DNA from: a virus
Direction: 5' to 3' (one strand)
DNA length: 64,000 bases
IMG/VR virus record: IMGVR_UViG_3300009703_001822
Position numbers and translations under genes: made by a program. The notes below the pieces were generated by a model. It was not told the origin of the DNA. It did not search any database and saw only the letters and a program-made list of their open reading frames with translations. Positions 41,568-50,586 of this stretch are shown piece after piece (the stretch's first letter is position 1; each line of letters begins with the position of its first letter).

Positions 41568-43484
41568 ATGGCATTTCAGCTATCACCAGGTGTTCTTGTT
41601 AAAGAAACAGACCTTACTAGCGTTATCCCTGCAGTCGCAACATCAGTTGGAGCGTTTGTAGGAGATTTAGCGTGGGGTCCGGCAGGCGAGATCACAACAA
41701 TTAGTTCAGAGAACCAGCTCGTTGAGCGGTTCGGAGAGCCAAATGACACTACTGCAATAAGTTTTTTTAGTGCAGCGAGTTTCTTGGCTTATGGAAATAA
41801 CCTTAAGGTAGTCAGAGCAATAGATGATACTACAGCAGTTAATGCTGTTGCATCAGGTTCAGCAACACTGATTAAAAATGCAGATGATTACAACGAAAAC
41901 CATTCAACCGGTTCAGGTTCAAATGGTATGTGGGCAGCTAAATATCCTGGCGCTTTAGGTAATTCACTTAAAGTTGCACTAGCGGATTCTAGTAATTTTG
42001 ATACTAACTCTGTAGCATCTGCTACTATTACAGCAGCAGGATCTGGTTATTCATCAGCTCCTACTTTGACATTTGCAGCGGCACCAGCAGGCGGAACTAC
42101 TGCTACAGGTACAGCTACAGTAAGTGGCGGAGCAGTTACAGCAATCACTATTACTAATCCAGGTGAAGGATACACTTCAGCCCCAGCAATAACTTTCAGT
42201 GGCGGAGGCGGTTCTGGCGGAGCAGCTACAGCAGTCTTGTCTACTGAATGGACATATAATAACGAATTCGACAGAGCCCCTGGCACTTCTATTGGAGCAG
42301 CTAGAGTAAGTGGTTCAAATGATGAAGTTCATATTGTCGTAATTGATGAAGACGGATTGTTCTCAGGAACAATTGGTACAGTATTAGAAAGATTTGCAAA
42401 TTGTTCTAAAGCATCTGATGTTAAAGGACTAGAAGGCGGATCTATTTTCTATAAAGATGTAGTAAATACCCAGTCTAAATATGTATATTGGACAGACCAC
42501 CCAGCAAGTGATGCTACTTGGGGTGTTTCTGCTGCCAATCAAGCATTTACATCAGGGTTTACAACAGCAGAAGCAACTGTTTCATTAACAGGCGGTGTTT
42601 CTGATAGTCCTGACTCAGGAGATTTACAAACAGCATGGAGTTTGTTTGCAGACTCAGAGCAGATAGATGTAAACTTGTTAATAACAGGTGGCATCGGACT
42701 TACTGATCAAAAATATGTTCAAGACAACATTGCTAAAGTAAGAAAAGATTGCGTATCTTTCCACTCACCGCTATTTGCCTCATGCGTTAATAACGCAGGT
42801 TCAGAAGTAACAAGTATTACTACTGATAAAGGCTCACTAGCATCAACCAGTTACAGTTTCATGGATAGTAACTGGAAATATATGTACGATCGTTATAACG
42901 ATGTGTACAGATGGGTTCCACTAAATGGAGACACAGCAGGTCTTTGTGTTGCAACAGACAACGCAAGGGATGCTTGGTTCTCACCAGCAGGATTTAACAG
43001 AGGTCAAATAAGAAACGCTGTTAAATTAGCTTGGAGTCCTAGTAAGGCTAACAGAGATGACTTATACAAAATTGGAGTCAACCCTGTAATAAACAGCCCA
43101 GGAAACGGTATTGTACTGTTCGGAGATAAAACTCTATTAGCAGCACCTAGTGCGTTTGATAGAATTAATGTTCGAAGATTGTTTATTGTTCTTGAAAAAG
43201 CAATATCTACAGCAGCTAAATTCCAGCTGTTTGAGTTCAACGATGCATTTACAAGAAATCAGTTTACATCGATAGTTAATCCTTTCTTAAGGAATGTTCA
43301 AGGTCGTAGAGGAATACACGACTTTAAAGTAGTATGTAATGAAAGCAACAACACAGATCAAGTTATTTCAACTAACTCTTTTGTTGCAGACATTTTCATT
43401 AAACCTAACAGGTCAATAAACTTTATTACATTAAACTTTATTGCTACTAGAACAGGCGTTAGCTTCGAAGAAATTGGTGGTTAA
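41568..43484 (+). CDS. g18: Tail sheath protein gp18
   Basis: LSPGVLVKETDLT, WFSPAGFNRG, FDRINVRRLF, IKPNRSINFITLNF. Confidence 0.96.
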   Translation: MAFQLSPGVLVKETDLTSVIPAVATSVGAFVGDLAWGPAGEITTISSENQLVERFGEPNDTTAISFFSAASFLAYGNNLKVVRAIDDTTAVNAVASGSATLIKNADDYNENHSTGSGSNGMWAAKYPGALGNSLKVALADSSNFDTNSVASATITAAGSGYSSAPTLTFAAAPAGGTTATGTATVSGGAVTAITITNPGEGYTSAPAITFSGGGGSGGAATAVLSTEWTYNNEFDRAPGTSIGAARVSGSNDEVHIVVIDEDGLFSGTIGTVLERFANCSKASDVKGLEGGSIFYKDVVNTQSKYVYWTDHPASDATWGVSAANQAFTSGFTTAEATVSLTGGVSDSPDSGDLQTAWSLFADSEQIDVNLLITGGIGLTDQKYVQDNIAKVRKDCVSFHSPLFASCVNNAGSEVTSITTDKGSLASTSYSFMDSNWKYMYDRYNDVYRWVPLNGDTAGLCVATDNARDAWFSPAGFNRGQIRNAVKLAWSPSKANRDDLYKIGVNPVINSPGNGIVLFGDKTLLAAPSAFDRINVRRLFIVLEKAISTAAKFQLFEFNDAFTRNQFTSIVNPFLRNVQGRRGIHDFKVVCNESNNTDQVISTNSFVADIFIKPNRSINFITLNFIATRTGVSFEEIGG

Positions 43485-43488
43485 CACT

Positions 43489-43496
43489 TATAAATA
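43489..43496 (+). promoter_or_regulatory. Late promoter TATAAATA for g19
   Basis: Exact consensus, intergenic. Confidence 0.75.
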
Positions 43497-43519
43497 ACTT
43501 AAAGAATTAGGAGAAAAAG

Positions 43520-44035
43520 ATGGATGTAAATAAATTTAAGGCAGCACTAGCCCAAGGTGGCGCTCGTCCTAATCAGTTTAAAGTTACACTTGCATTTCCA
43601 AGTGTACCCGATGTTCCTAAAGTAGAGGAACAATTATTGATTAGTGGAGCAGCTTTGCCGGCTTCTACCGTTAACCCAGTTATTACACAATACAGGGGTA
43701 GGGAAGTGAAGTTTGCTGGCGAAAGAATTTTTGATCCTTGGACTATAACCGTAATTAACGATGCTAGTCAATCGTTAAGGCGTCCTTTCGAGAACTGGAT
43801 GGAGTTGATTAACAATAAAGAAGATAATTCTGGTAACCTAAATTGGACAGAGTATCAGAAACAAATTATTGTTGAACACCTAGACAGAAACGACAAAGTA
43901 TTACCAGGTGGTAAATACATATTAGAAGACGCGTTTCCTATTAATATGTCAGAAGTTGCATTACAATATGCACAGAACGACATAATTGAAGAATACACGG
44001 TTACATTCCAATATCAACATTATGAAGTATTTTAA
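43520..44035 (+). CDS. g19: Tail tube protein gp19
   Basis: GGARPNQF, YRGREVKFAGER.FDPWTITVIND, IEEYTVTF. Confidence 0.95.
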   Translation: MDVNKFKAALAQGGARPNQFKVTLAFPSVPDVPKVEEQLLISGAALPASTVNPVITQYRGREVKFAGERIFDPWTITVINDASQSLRRPFENWMELINNKEDNSGNLNWTEYQKQIIVEHLDRNDKVLPGGKYILEDAFPINMSEVALQYAQNDIIEEYTVTFQYQHYEVF

Positions 44036-44061
44036 GCAATAGTGCTTAACAGGTAAAAATT

Positions 44062-45654
44062 ATGGATTTATTTGGGTTTGAAATAAAGCGGAAAGAGCCA
44101 CAGAAGAACGATAAATCGTTCGTGGCTCCGTCCACAGACGATGCAATAGAAAGCATACGAGCCGGTGGGTATTACGGCACTTATCTAGACTTAGAAGGTG
44201 TCGCCCATACGGAAGCAGAGCTTGTAAAAAGGTATCGCGACATTGCCAATATGGCTGATGTAGATACCGCAGTAGAAGATATTATTAATGAATCTATTGC
44301 ACAGTTAGAAAACGAATCGCCTGTGGAAATAAATCTCGACAATGTAGAATTGTCGTCTGCTATTCGTAAATCAATATCCAAAGAATTTGAAGAACTTAAA
44401 AATATGATGGACTTTAAAAGTAGAGCCCAGGATTATTTTAGAAGATGGTATATAGATGGCAAATTGTTTTTTCATAAAGTCATCGATATAGACAATCCTA
44501 AACAAGGGATTACAGATATTAGATATATCGATCCTAGGAAAATTAGGAAAGTGCGTGAAGTCAAGAAGGAAAAGAATCCTACTGGCGTAATGTTTGTTAA
44601 AGATGTAGAAGAGTTTTACATCTATAATGATAAAGGAGTAACTACAAAGCCAGGTGCTTATGTAGCTCCAGAGAACCAACAAGGTTTGAAGATAACAAAA
44701 GACGCCATAGCATACGCACCAAGTGGTTTGGTAGATCACGATAAGAATATTTCACTATCGTATCTACATAAGGCAATTAGGCCTGCAAACCAGCTTCGTA
44801 TGATGGAGAATGCTGTTGTTATATATAGAATAACAAGAGCACCTGAAAGAAGGATATTTTATGTAGATGTTGGTAACTTGCCGAAGATGAAGGCAGAACA
44901 ATATCTAAAAGACATCATGGATAGATATCGTAATAAATTAGTTTACGATGCTAACACAGGTGAAATTAGAGATGATAAGAAGTTCATGTCTATGTTGGAA
45001 GACTTCTGGTTACCTAGAAGGGAAGGCGGAACAGGAACAAGTATTGATACATTGCCAGCAGGTCAAAACCTAGGGCAGATTGAAGATGTAGAATATTTTC
45101 AGCGTAAATTGTATCAGTCATTAAACATTCCTGTATCGAGATTAGAACAACAGGCTGGATTAAACTTTGGTAGAGCAGCTGAGATAAATCGAGACGAGAT
45201 GAAGTTTACAAAATTCATCATCAAGTTAAGAAGAAAGTTCTCGGTATTGTTAAGCGATCTTTTAAGAACGCAGCTCTTACTAAAAGGTGTTATAACAGAA
45301 GACGATTGGGATTCTATTAAAGATGATATAGAATACGAATTTGCTACTGATGCCTACTACACAGAATCTAAAGAACAAGAGATTTTACGAAGTAGGGTAG
45401 AAGTATTAAATGGTCTTGCTGCTTACATAGGAACATTTTTTAGTAAGCGTTACATTCAAAAGAATGTTTTAATGCTAACTGATGAGGAAATTGATACTAT
45501 TGAAACTGAATTACTAAGTGAACCACAGTATCAAAGACAATATCAATGGAGTCCATTAAGTGCCGTTCAACAAGACGGACCTCAAGGACCCGAAGGACCG
45601 GCCGGCGAAGGAGTACCTGATCCAGGACAACCTGAACCCGGACCAGACCAATAA
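44062..45654 (+). CDS. g20: Portal protein gp20
   Basis: YIDPRKI, SYLHKAI, YRITRAPERRIFYVDVGN, EDFWLPRREGG. Confidence 0.96.
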   Translation: MDLFGFEIKRKEPQKNDKSFVAPSTDDAIESIRAGGYYGTYLDLEGVAHTEAELVKRYRDIANMADVDTAVEDIINESIAQLENESPVEINLDNVELSSAIRKSISKEFEELKNMMDFKSRAQDYFRRWYIDGKLFFHKVIDIDNPKQGITDIRYIDPRKIRKVREVKKEKNPTGVMFVKDVEEFYIYNDKGVTTKPGAYVAPENQQGLKITKDAIAYAPSGLVDHDKNISLSYLHKAIRPANQLRMMENAVVIYRITRAPERRIFYVDVGNLPKMKAEQYLKDIMDRYRNKLVYDANTGEIRDDKKFMSMLEDFWLPRREGGTGTSIDTLPAGQNLGQIEDVEYFQRKLYQSLNIPVSRLEQQAGLNFGRAAEINRDEMKFTKFIIKLRRKFSVLLSDLLRTQLLLKGVITEDDWDSIKDDIEYEFATDAYYTESKEQEILRSRVEVLNGLAAYIGTFFSKRYIQKNVLMLTDEEIDTIETELLSEPQYQRQYQWSPLSAVQQDGPQGPEGPAGEGVPDPGQPEPGPDQ

Positions 45655-45678
45655 ATATAATGATGGAGATATAAAAAT

Positions 45679-45969
45679 ATGTCAGAACAAGATAGAACAA
45701 AGGAAGTTACAGATTTAGTGAGCGATATACTAGCAGGTAATACTGCAGATGCTCAAGAAAAATTTAACGACCAAATGGCATCTAGAGCTAATGAAGTTTT
45801 AGATGACAATAGAGCAGGTATAGCAACTGATGTCTTTAATAAGCATAGTGTAGATCCTGACATGGAACCACAAGGTGTTAGTTTAGAAGACTCACTTGTG
45901 GATATAGATCAAACAACAGGCAGGCCCGTTGAGGAACCTGGAGAAGGAGAAACAAATGAAGACATTTAA
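45679..45969 (+). CDS. Prohead core protein (gp67-like)
   Basis: Small acidic protein immediately after the portal gene. Confidence 0.6.
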   Translation: MSEQDRTKEVTDLVSDILAGNTADAQEKFNDQMASRANEVLDDNRAGIATDVFNKHSVDPDMEPQGVSLEDSLVDIDQTTGRPVEEPGEGETNEDI

Positions 45970-46255
45970 AGATTTTAGAAACGGGACTATTACCGAAAGT
46001 CCTGTAGATGGTGTCTCTAAAGGCTCACTAGAAGGCGATAAGCACATGTGCGCTAGCAAAATTTTCAAAGAAGGTTTTGGTGAGGGAACACCTATTATTG
46101 GAGAACATGCAGAACCAGTTGATGGCGAAGTGTCTTGGTATAAAGTAATGTTTGAACACGGTATCGAAACAGTTGAAGTGGATGATCCTAATGTTGAAAT
46201 TATAGAGGAAGGTTCTCACGGGAATCATGCCAAAAAACCAGCAAAAAAATATTAA
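45956..46255 (+). CDS. Prohead core/internal protein (gp68-like position)
   Basis: MKTFKDFR..ITE N-terminus resembling a capsid-targeting sequence; start re-called at ATG 45956. Confidence 0.6.
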   Translation: MKTFKDFRNGTITESPVDGVSKGSLEGDKHMCASKIFKEGFGEGTPIIGEHAEPVDGEVSWYKVMFEHGIETVEVDDPNVEIIEEGSHGNHAKKPAKKY

Positions 46256-46271
46256 ATAAAAGGAATAACAC

Positions 46272-46697
46272 ATGGCAGTCACAGTAAACGCACTTAAATT
46301 AACCCAAGTCCAGGGTGTAATTTCTGTAAGGGGGACTGCTGCTACCGGAACAATTGCTCTAGCAACAACGCTAAAGAAATCAACTGAGACGCAAAGCTCC
46401 CCAGCAGTCAATATAAAAGGACTACATTGGACCTTGTCTAGCGGTGCTAGCGCCAAGGTGCAAAGAAACTCCGTCGTATTATTTGAGCTTATGGAAAGTG
46501 GCTCATTAGATATGTACGGGTACGCAGACAATTCAGAAAACACATCAAATATTGAAGTGGTTATAGCAGGCGGAGCAGGAGGCACAGTTATAGTAGATTG
46601 TGCTAAAATATCAGGCTATGGCTCACAACAACATCAAGATGCACCATTAGACACTAACGACTCAGGTAATGTCTATGATGGTGGTTCATTAGGTTAA
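46272..46697 (+). CDS. Hypothetical virion protein
   Basis: AGGA SD; in the head cluster before g21. Confidence 0.65.
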   Translation: MAVTVNALKLTQVQGVISVRGTAATGTIALATTLKKSTETQSSPAVNIKGLHWTLSSGASAKVQRNSVVLFELMESGSLDMYGYADNSENTSNIEVVIAGGAGGTVIVDCAKISGYGSQQHQDAPLDTNDSGNVYDGGSLG

Positions 46698-46707
46698 GGA
46701 GAAATAG

Positions 46708-47367
46708 ATGAGATTAATTAAAGAATTTAACGAAACAATTAATTATTTGGTTGAAGATAGTAAAGATCCTAAGAAACCTAATGTATTCATAGAAGGTGTT
46801 TTCTTACAATCAGATTTAAAAAACAAAAACGGCAGAGTCTATCCTAGAGAGATCATGCAGAGAGAAGTCAACAGATATGTTGAAGAAAATGTAAAAACTA
46901 AAAGAGCTTACGGTGAATTAGGACACCCTGAAGGCCCTACAGTTAATTTAGATAGAGTTTCTCACATGATTACTTCACTTAAAGAGGATGGAAACAATTA
47001 TGTTGGTAGAGCCAAAATTATGGACACACCAATGGGTCGTATTGTAAAAGAACTTATTAGCGAAGGCGCTCAACTAGGTGTATCATCTAGAGGTTTGGGT
47101 AGTCTAAAAGAAAGAAATGGCATTAATGAAGTACAAGATGACTTCATGTTAGCTACAGCAGCTGACATAGTGGCAGATCCTTCAGCACCAGACGCTTTTG
47201 TTTCCGGCATAATGGAAGGGAAAGAATGGGTTTTTGTTAATGGTAAATGGACAGAACAGGATATAGAGGAGACGCATAATATAATCTCTAATACATCATC
47301 GAAAGAACTAGAAGAAGCTAAGATGGCTGTTTTTAGTAATTTCTTGAACAAACTGTCTAAATTTTAG
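46708..47367 (+). CDS. g21: Prohead protease gp21
   Basis: NKNGRVYP, GELGHP, GVSSRGLGS, DIVADPSAPDA. Confidence 0.96.
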   Translation: MRLIKEFNETINYLVEDSKDPKKPNVFIEGVFLQSDLKNKNGRVYPREIMQREVNRYVEENVKTKRAYGELGHPEGPTVNLDRVSHMITSLKEDGNNYVGRAKIMDTPMGRIVKELISEGAQLGVSSRGLGSLKERNGINEVQDDFMLATAADIVADPSAPDAFVSGIMEGKEWVFVNGKWTEQDIEETHNIISNTSSKELEEAKMAVFSNFLNKLSKF

Positions 47368-47377
47368 TAGAAATCTG

Positions 47378-47391
47378 TATAAATATAAATA
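47378..47391 (+). promoter_or_regulatory. Two overlapping late promoters for g22
   Basis: TATAAATATAAATA. Confidence 0.72.
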
Positions 47392-47439
47392 GTTTATTAG
47401 ATTATATTACAATTTAAATAATCCTAAAAGGAGAGTAAC

Positions 47440-48798
47440 ATGGGAGTAGAATCCAAAATCAGAGAACTGCTAGAAGGTAAGTTGCAAGACGACACCGTAG
47501 CAGTTATAGACGAGCAGATTGCTGGAGATCAACAACCGCCTATGCAAGGTGGTAGTTCCAAAGCTAATTTGCCAACGTCTTCGGCGGATGCACATCGTCC
47601 TTTGGACAAGAAAAGCAACGGCGACGCTACACCTCCTACTCAAGGAAGCTCAAATCCAAATCCTGAACAGCAAGACCTAAGTGGTACAAGTAACCCAGAA
47701 GGTGGATTGACAAGCGAAGTTGGTAAAGCAGCTTCAGCTAAAGCTTCTAAAGCTCCTGGCCTAGAAGGCTCAGGCGCTGGCCAAGCTCCTAACTACACGA
47801 ACGGGCAAGATGCTCAATCAGTAGTTAATCAAAAATCTTCAGAAGGCGTTCGAGGACCTATTGGTGAAGACGAAGAAGTCGAAACCGAAGAGGACCAAGA
47901 AGTACTTGATTCAGAAGTCGAAGAGATGGAAGATCAAGAAGTAGTAGCTGAAGAAGAGCTTGAGGAAGGGGAAGTAGAGTATGTTAACGAAGGTGAAGAA
48001 GGTGATGAAGAGGAAGAATTAGTCGAGGAAGAAGAACTTGACGAAGACGAACTCGAAGCTCAAACACTATTCGAAGACGACATTGCTAACTTATTTAAAG
48101 ACGAAGAGCACCTTTCAGAAGAATTTAAAACACAAGCCGCTTCACTTTTTGAAGCAACGGTTGTGGCTCGAGTCAATCAACAAGTAGAGATCATTGAGAA
48201 CGAACTTGTTGAGGAAGCTTCTAAAGCTTTCGACGAAGCAAAAGAAAAACTTGTAGAAAATGTAGACAAATACCTCAGTTATGTAACTGAGCAATGGCTC
48301 AAAGAAAACGAGTTGGCTGTTGAATCAGGCTTACGCAACGAAATTACTGAATCATTCATTAACGGAATGAAACAGGTCTTTACAGAGCATTACATTGAAA
48401 TGCCTGAAGAGAAATACGATGTGTTAGCAGAACAACAGAACCAAATAGATGAGTTAAGATCTAAGTTAGACGAAGAGATTAACAAATCTGTTTCTATCAG
48501 CGAGGACAGAGAACAACTACAGAAGGAAAAAGTTTTTCGTTCCGTGGTTAACGATCTAGCTGAAACTGAAGTTGAAAAGTTTGCATCACTCATTGAAGAT
48601 GTTTCATACGACAATGAGGAAATGTACACTTCTAAACTTAATGTTATCAAGGAAAATTATTTTCCTAAAGCAAAATCTGATGACACAGACAAGCTAGGTG
48701 ATAGCGTTGATCAGGGAACTTTAACAGACAACACCGTGATGAGTAAATATGTACAAGGTATTTCTCAAGCAGCGAAGTTTGATAAGGTTAAAAATTAA
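47440..48798 (+). CDS. g22: Prohead scaffold gp22
   Basis: Acidic; LSEEFK..A..LFEA, DKYLSYV.EQW..EN.LAVE.G, KL..IKENYF. Confidence 0.92.
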   Translation: MGVESKIRELLEGKLQDDTVAVIDEQIAGDQQPPMQGGSSKANLPTSSADAHRPLDKKSNGDATPPTQGSSNPNPEQQDLSGTSNPEGGLTSEVGKAASAKASKAPGLEGSGAGQAPNYTNGQDAQSVVNQKSSEGVRGPIGEDEEVETEEDQEVLDSEVEEMEDQEVVAEEELEEGEVEYVNEGEEGDEEEELVEEEELDEDELEAQTLFEDDIANLFKDEEHLSEEFKTQAASLFEATVVARVNQQVEIIENELVEEASKAFDEAKEKLVENVDKYLSYVTEQWLKENELAVESGLRNEITESFINGMKQVFTEHYIEMPEEKYDVLAEQQNQIDELRSKLDEEINKSVSISEDREQLQKEKVFRSVVNDLAETEVEKFASLIEDVSYDNEEMYTSKLNVIKENYFPKAKSDDTDKLGDSVDQGTLTDNTVMSKYVQGISQAAKFDKVKN

Positions 48799-48804
48799 CA
48801 TTTT

Positions 48805-48812
48805 TATAAATA
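48805..48812 (+). promoter_or_regulatory. Late promoter TATAAATA for g23
   Basis: Exact consensus, intergenic. Confidence 0.78.
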
Positions 48813-48858
48813 ATTAGGTTATAAAATATAACAAACAAAGTAAAACAAGGAGAAACTG

Positions 48859-50124
48859 ATGTATCTTTCAGAAGAACTACAAAAGAAGTGGCAACCAGTT
48901 CTTGAGCACGGTGACTTACCTGAGATTCAGGACCCGTACAAAAAAGCTGTTACCACAGTAGTACTCGAAAACCAAGAGAAGGCTCTTCGTGAAGAAAAAG
49001 AAGCTCTTTTCGAGGCTACACATGCTAACCAAACAGGTGCAGGCGTTGATAACTATGATCCTATTTTAATATCATTAGTTAGACGTGCTTTACCTAACCT
49101 TATGGCTTACGATGTTTGCGGAGTACAACCAATGTCTGGACCAACAGGTCTAATCTTCGCTATGAAGTCACACTATACTAGTCAAACTGGTACAGAGGCT
49201 TTATTTAACGAAGCAGACACTGATTTCTCAGGTGCAGGAACACATGCTGGAGCTAATCCAGTAGATGGAACTTACACTACAGGAACAGGTGTATCTACAA
49301 GCACTGCAGAAGGCTTTGGAGACAGCACTACACTAAATGAAATGGCATTCTCGATTGAGAAGACAACTGTTACTGCTAAATCAAGAGCATTGAAAGCAGA
49401 ATATACAGTTGAACTAGCTCAAGACTTGAAAGCTGTTCATGGTTTAGATGCAGAATCCGAGCTAAGTAATATCCTTTCACAGGAAATACTTGCAGAGATC
49501 AACCGTGAGGTAATTAGAACTATTTACAAAGTGGCAAAAACAGGCTCAGCCTCAACTGCTACAGCTGGAACATTTGATTTAGATGTTGACAGTAATGGTA
49601 GATGGTCAGTAGAAAGATTTAAAGGTCTTTTATTCAATATCGAGCGTGACGCTAATGTTATAGCACAAGACACCAGGCGTGGAAAAGGTAACTTCATCAT
49701 CTGTTCATCAGATGTTGCAAGTGCTCTTTCAATGTCAGGCGTACTTGACTATGCACCAGCATTATCAACTAACTTAAATGTTGATGACACAGGTAATACA
49801 TTCGCTGGTGTATTAAACGGTCGTTATAGAGTTTACATAGACCCTTATTCAGCTAACACAGGAGCTGCTAGTCAGTTCTATGTAGTTGGTTATAAAGGAA
49901 CTAGCGCATATGACGCAGGTCTTTTCTACTGTCCGTATGTACCGCTCCAAATGGTTAGGGCTATTGACCCTAGCACATTCCAACCTAAGATTGGTTTCAA
50001 AACTAGGTATGGCATGATCGCTAATCCATTTGTAATGCAGTCAGACGGAACTACAGATGCAGACACATTTACTGCAGACCGTAACCAGTACTACAGATCA
50101 GTCAAAGTTACAAACTTAATGTAA
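48859..50124 (+). CDS. g23: Major capsid protein gp23
   Basis: KWQPVL, GVQPMSGPTGLIFAM, KSRALKAEYT.ELAQDLKAVHG, QPKIGFKTRYG. Confidence 0.97.
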   Translation: MYLSEELQKKWQPVLEHGDLPEIQDPYKKAVTTVVLENQEKALREEKEALFEATHANQTGAGVDNYDPILISLVRRALPNLMAYDVCGVQPMSGPTGLIFAMKSHYTSQTGTEALFNEADTDFSGAGTHAGANPVDGTYTTGTGVSTSTAEGFGDSTTLNEMAFSIEKTTVTAKSRALKAEYTVELAQDLKAVHGLDAESELSNILSQEILAEINREVIRTIYKVAKTGSASTATAGTFDLDVDSNGRWSVERFKGLLFNIERDANVIAQDTRRGKGNFIICSSDVASALSMSGVLDYAPALSTNLNVDDTGNTFAGVLNGRYRVYIDPYSANTGAASQFYVVGYKGTSAYDAGLFYCPYVPLQMVRAIDPSTFQPKIGFKTRYGMIANPFVMQSDGTTDADTFTADRNQYYRSVKVTNLM

Positions 50125-50153
50125 TTTAGATCTAATTCTAGAAATAGAATTCT

Positions 50154-50184
50154 AAAAGGGCTTCAGATTTGGAGCCCTTTTTTT
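50154..50184 (+). terminator. Rho-independent terminator after g23
   Basis: AAAAGGGCTTC-agattt-GGAGCCCTTTT followed by a T run. Confidence 0.85.
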
Positions 50185-50204
50185 ATCTTGAAAACCTATT
50201 TTTG

Positions 50205-50212
50205 TATAAATA
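50205..50212 (+). promoter_or_regulatory. Late promoter TATAAATA ahead of the riboswitch
   Basis: Exact consensus 5 nt before the ATCGTTC start of the RNA motif. Confidence 0.75.
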
Positions 50213-50217
50213 ATTAT

Positions 50218-50334
50218 ATCGTTCATGTGTAAGTTCATTAACATACACACGGAAGTAGACCTGAAAACCTCTCACATTCGTGGGGTTAGCTAGTAGGCAG
50301 TCAGCCGAACGAGACCGAAAGTCGAAGGAACGCA
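50218..50334 (+). ncRNA. glnA-type (glutamine-I) riboswitch with expanded P3
   Basis: ATCGTTCA / P2 TGTGTAAGTT-CATT-AACATACACA / CGGAAGTAGAC ... GTCGAAGGAACGCA; P1 CGTTC:GAACG and E-loop strands match the glnA motif. Confidence 0.8.
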
Positions 50335-50368
50335 TTCTTTTAACCGTAAAAAAGTATAAGGAGGCGAT

Positions 50369-50527
50369 ATGACTTATAGAGGCATAACATACACCAAAGA
50401 AACTTTGATTACAGAAGCGAGGAAAGCTCGTGCTGGCATTTACAGAGGTGTAAAACATGGTCCTATGAAGACTGAGTCCAAGGGTATGCAACATGGCATA
50501 TACCGTGGCATCAAATGGTCTAATTAA
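50369..50527 (+). CDS. 52-aa peptide with three YRG motifs (DUF4278-like); not in ORF track
   Basis: TAAGGAGG SD; MTYRGITYTKETLITEARKARAGIYRGVKHGPMKTESKGMQHGIYRGIKWSN. Confidence 0.85.
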   Translation: MTYRGITYTKETLITEARKARAGIYRGVKHGPMKTESKGMQHGIYRGIKWSN

Positions 50528-50538
50528 TTAGGAACAGG

Positions 50539-50569
50539 AAAAGGGGCGATCTCGAGTCGCCCCTTTTTT
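50539..50569 (+). terminator. Rho-independent terminator after the YRG peptide
   Basis: AAAAGGGGCGA-tctcgag-TCGCCCCTTTTTT. Confidence 0.88.
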
Positions 50570-50586
50570 ATCACATAAATACAGAT

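Noticed and set aside
50183-50494. 103-aa minus-strand ORF
   Set aside because: Antisense to the riboswitch and YRG peptide, which have promoter, SD and terminator on the plus strand
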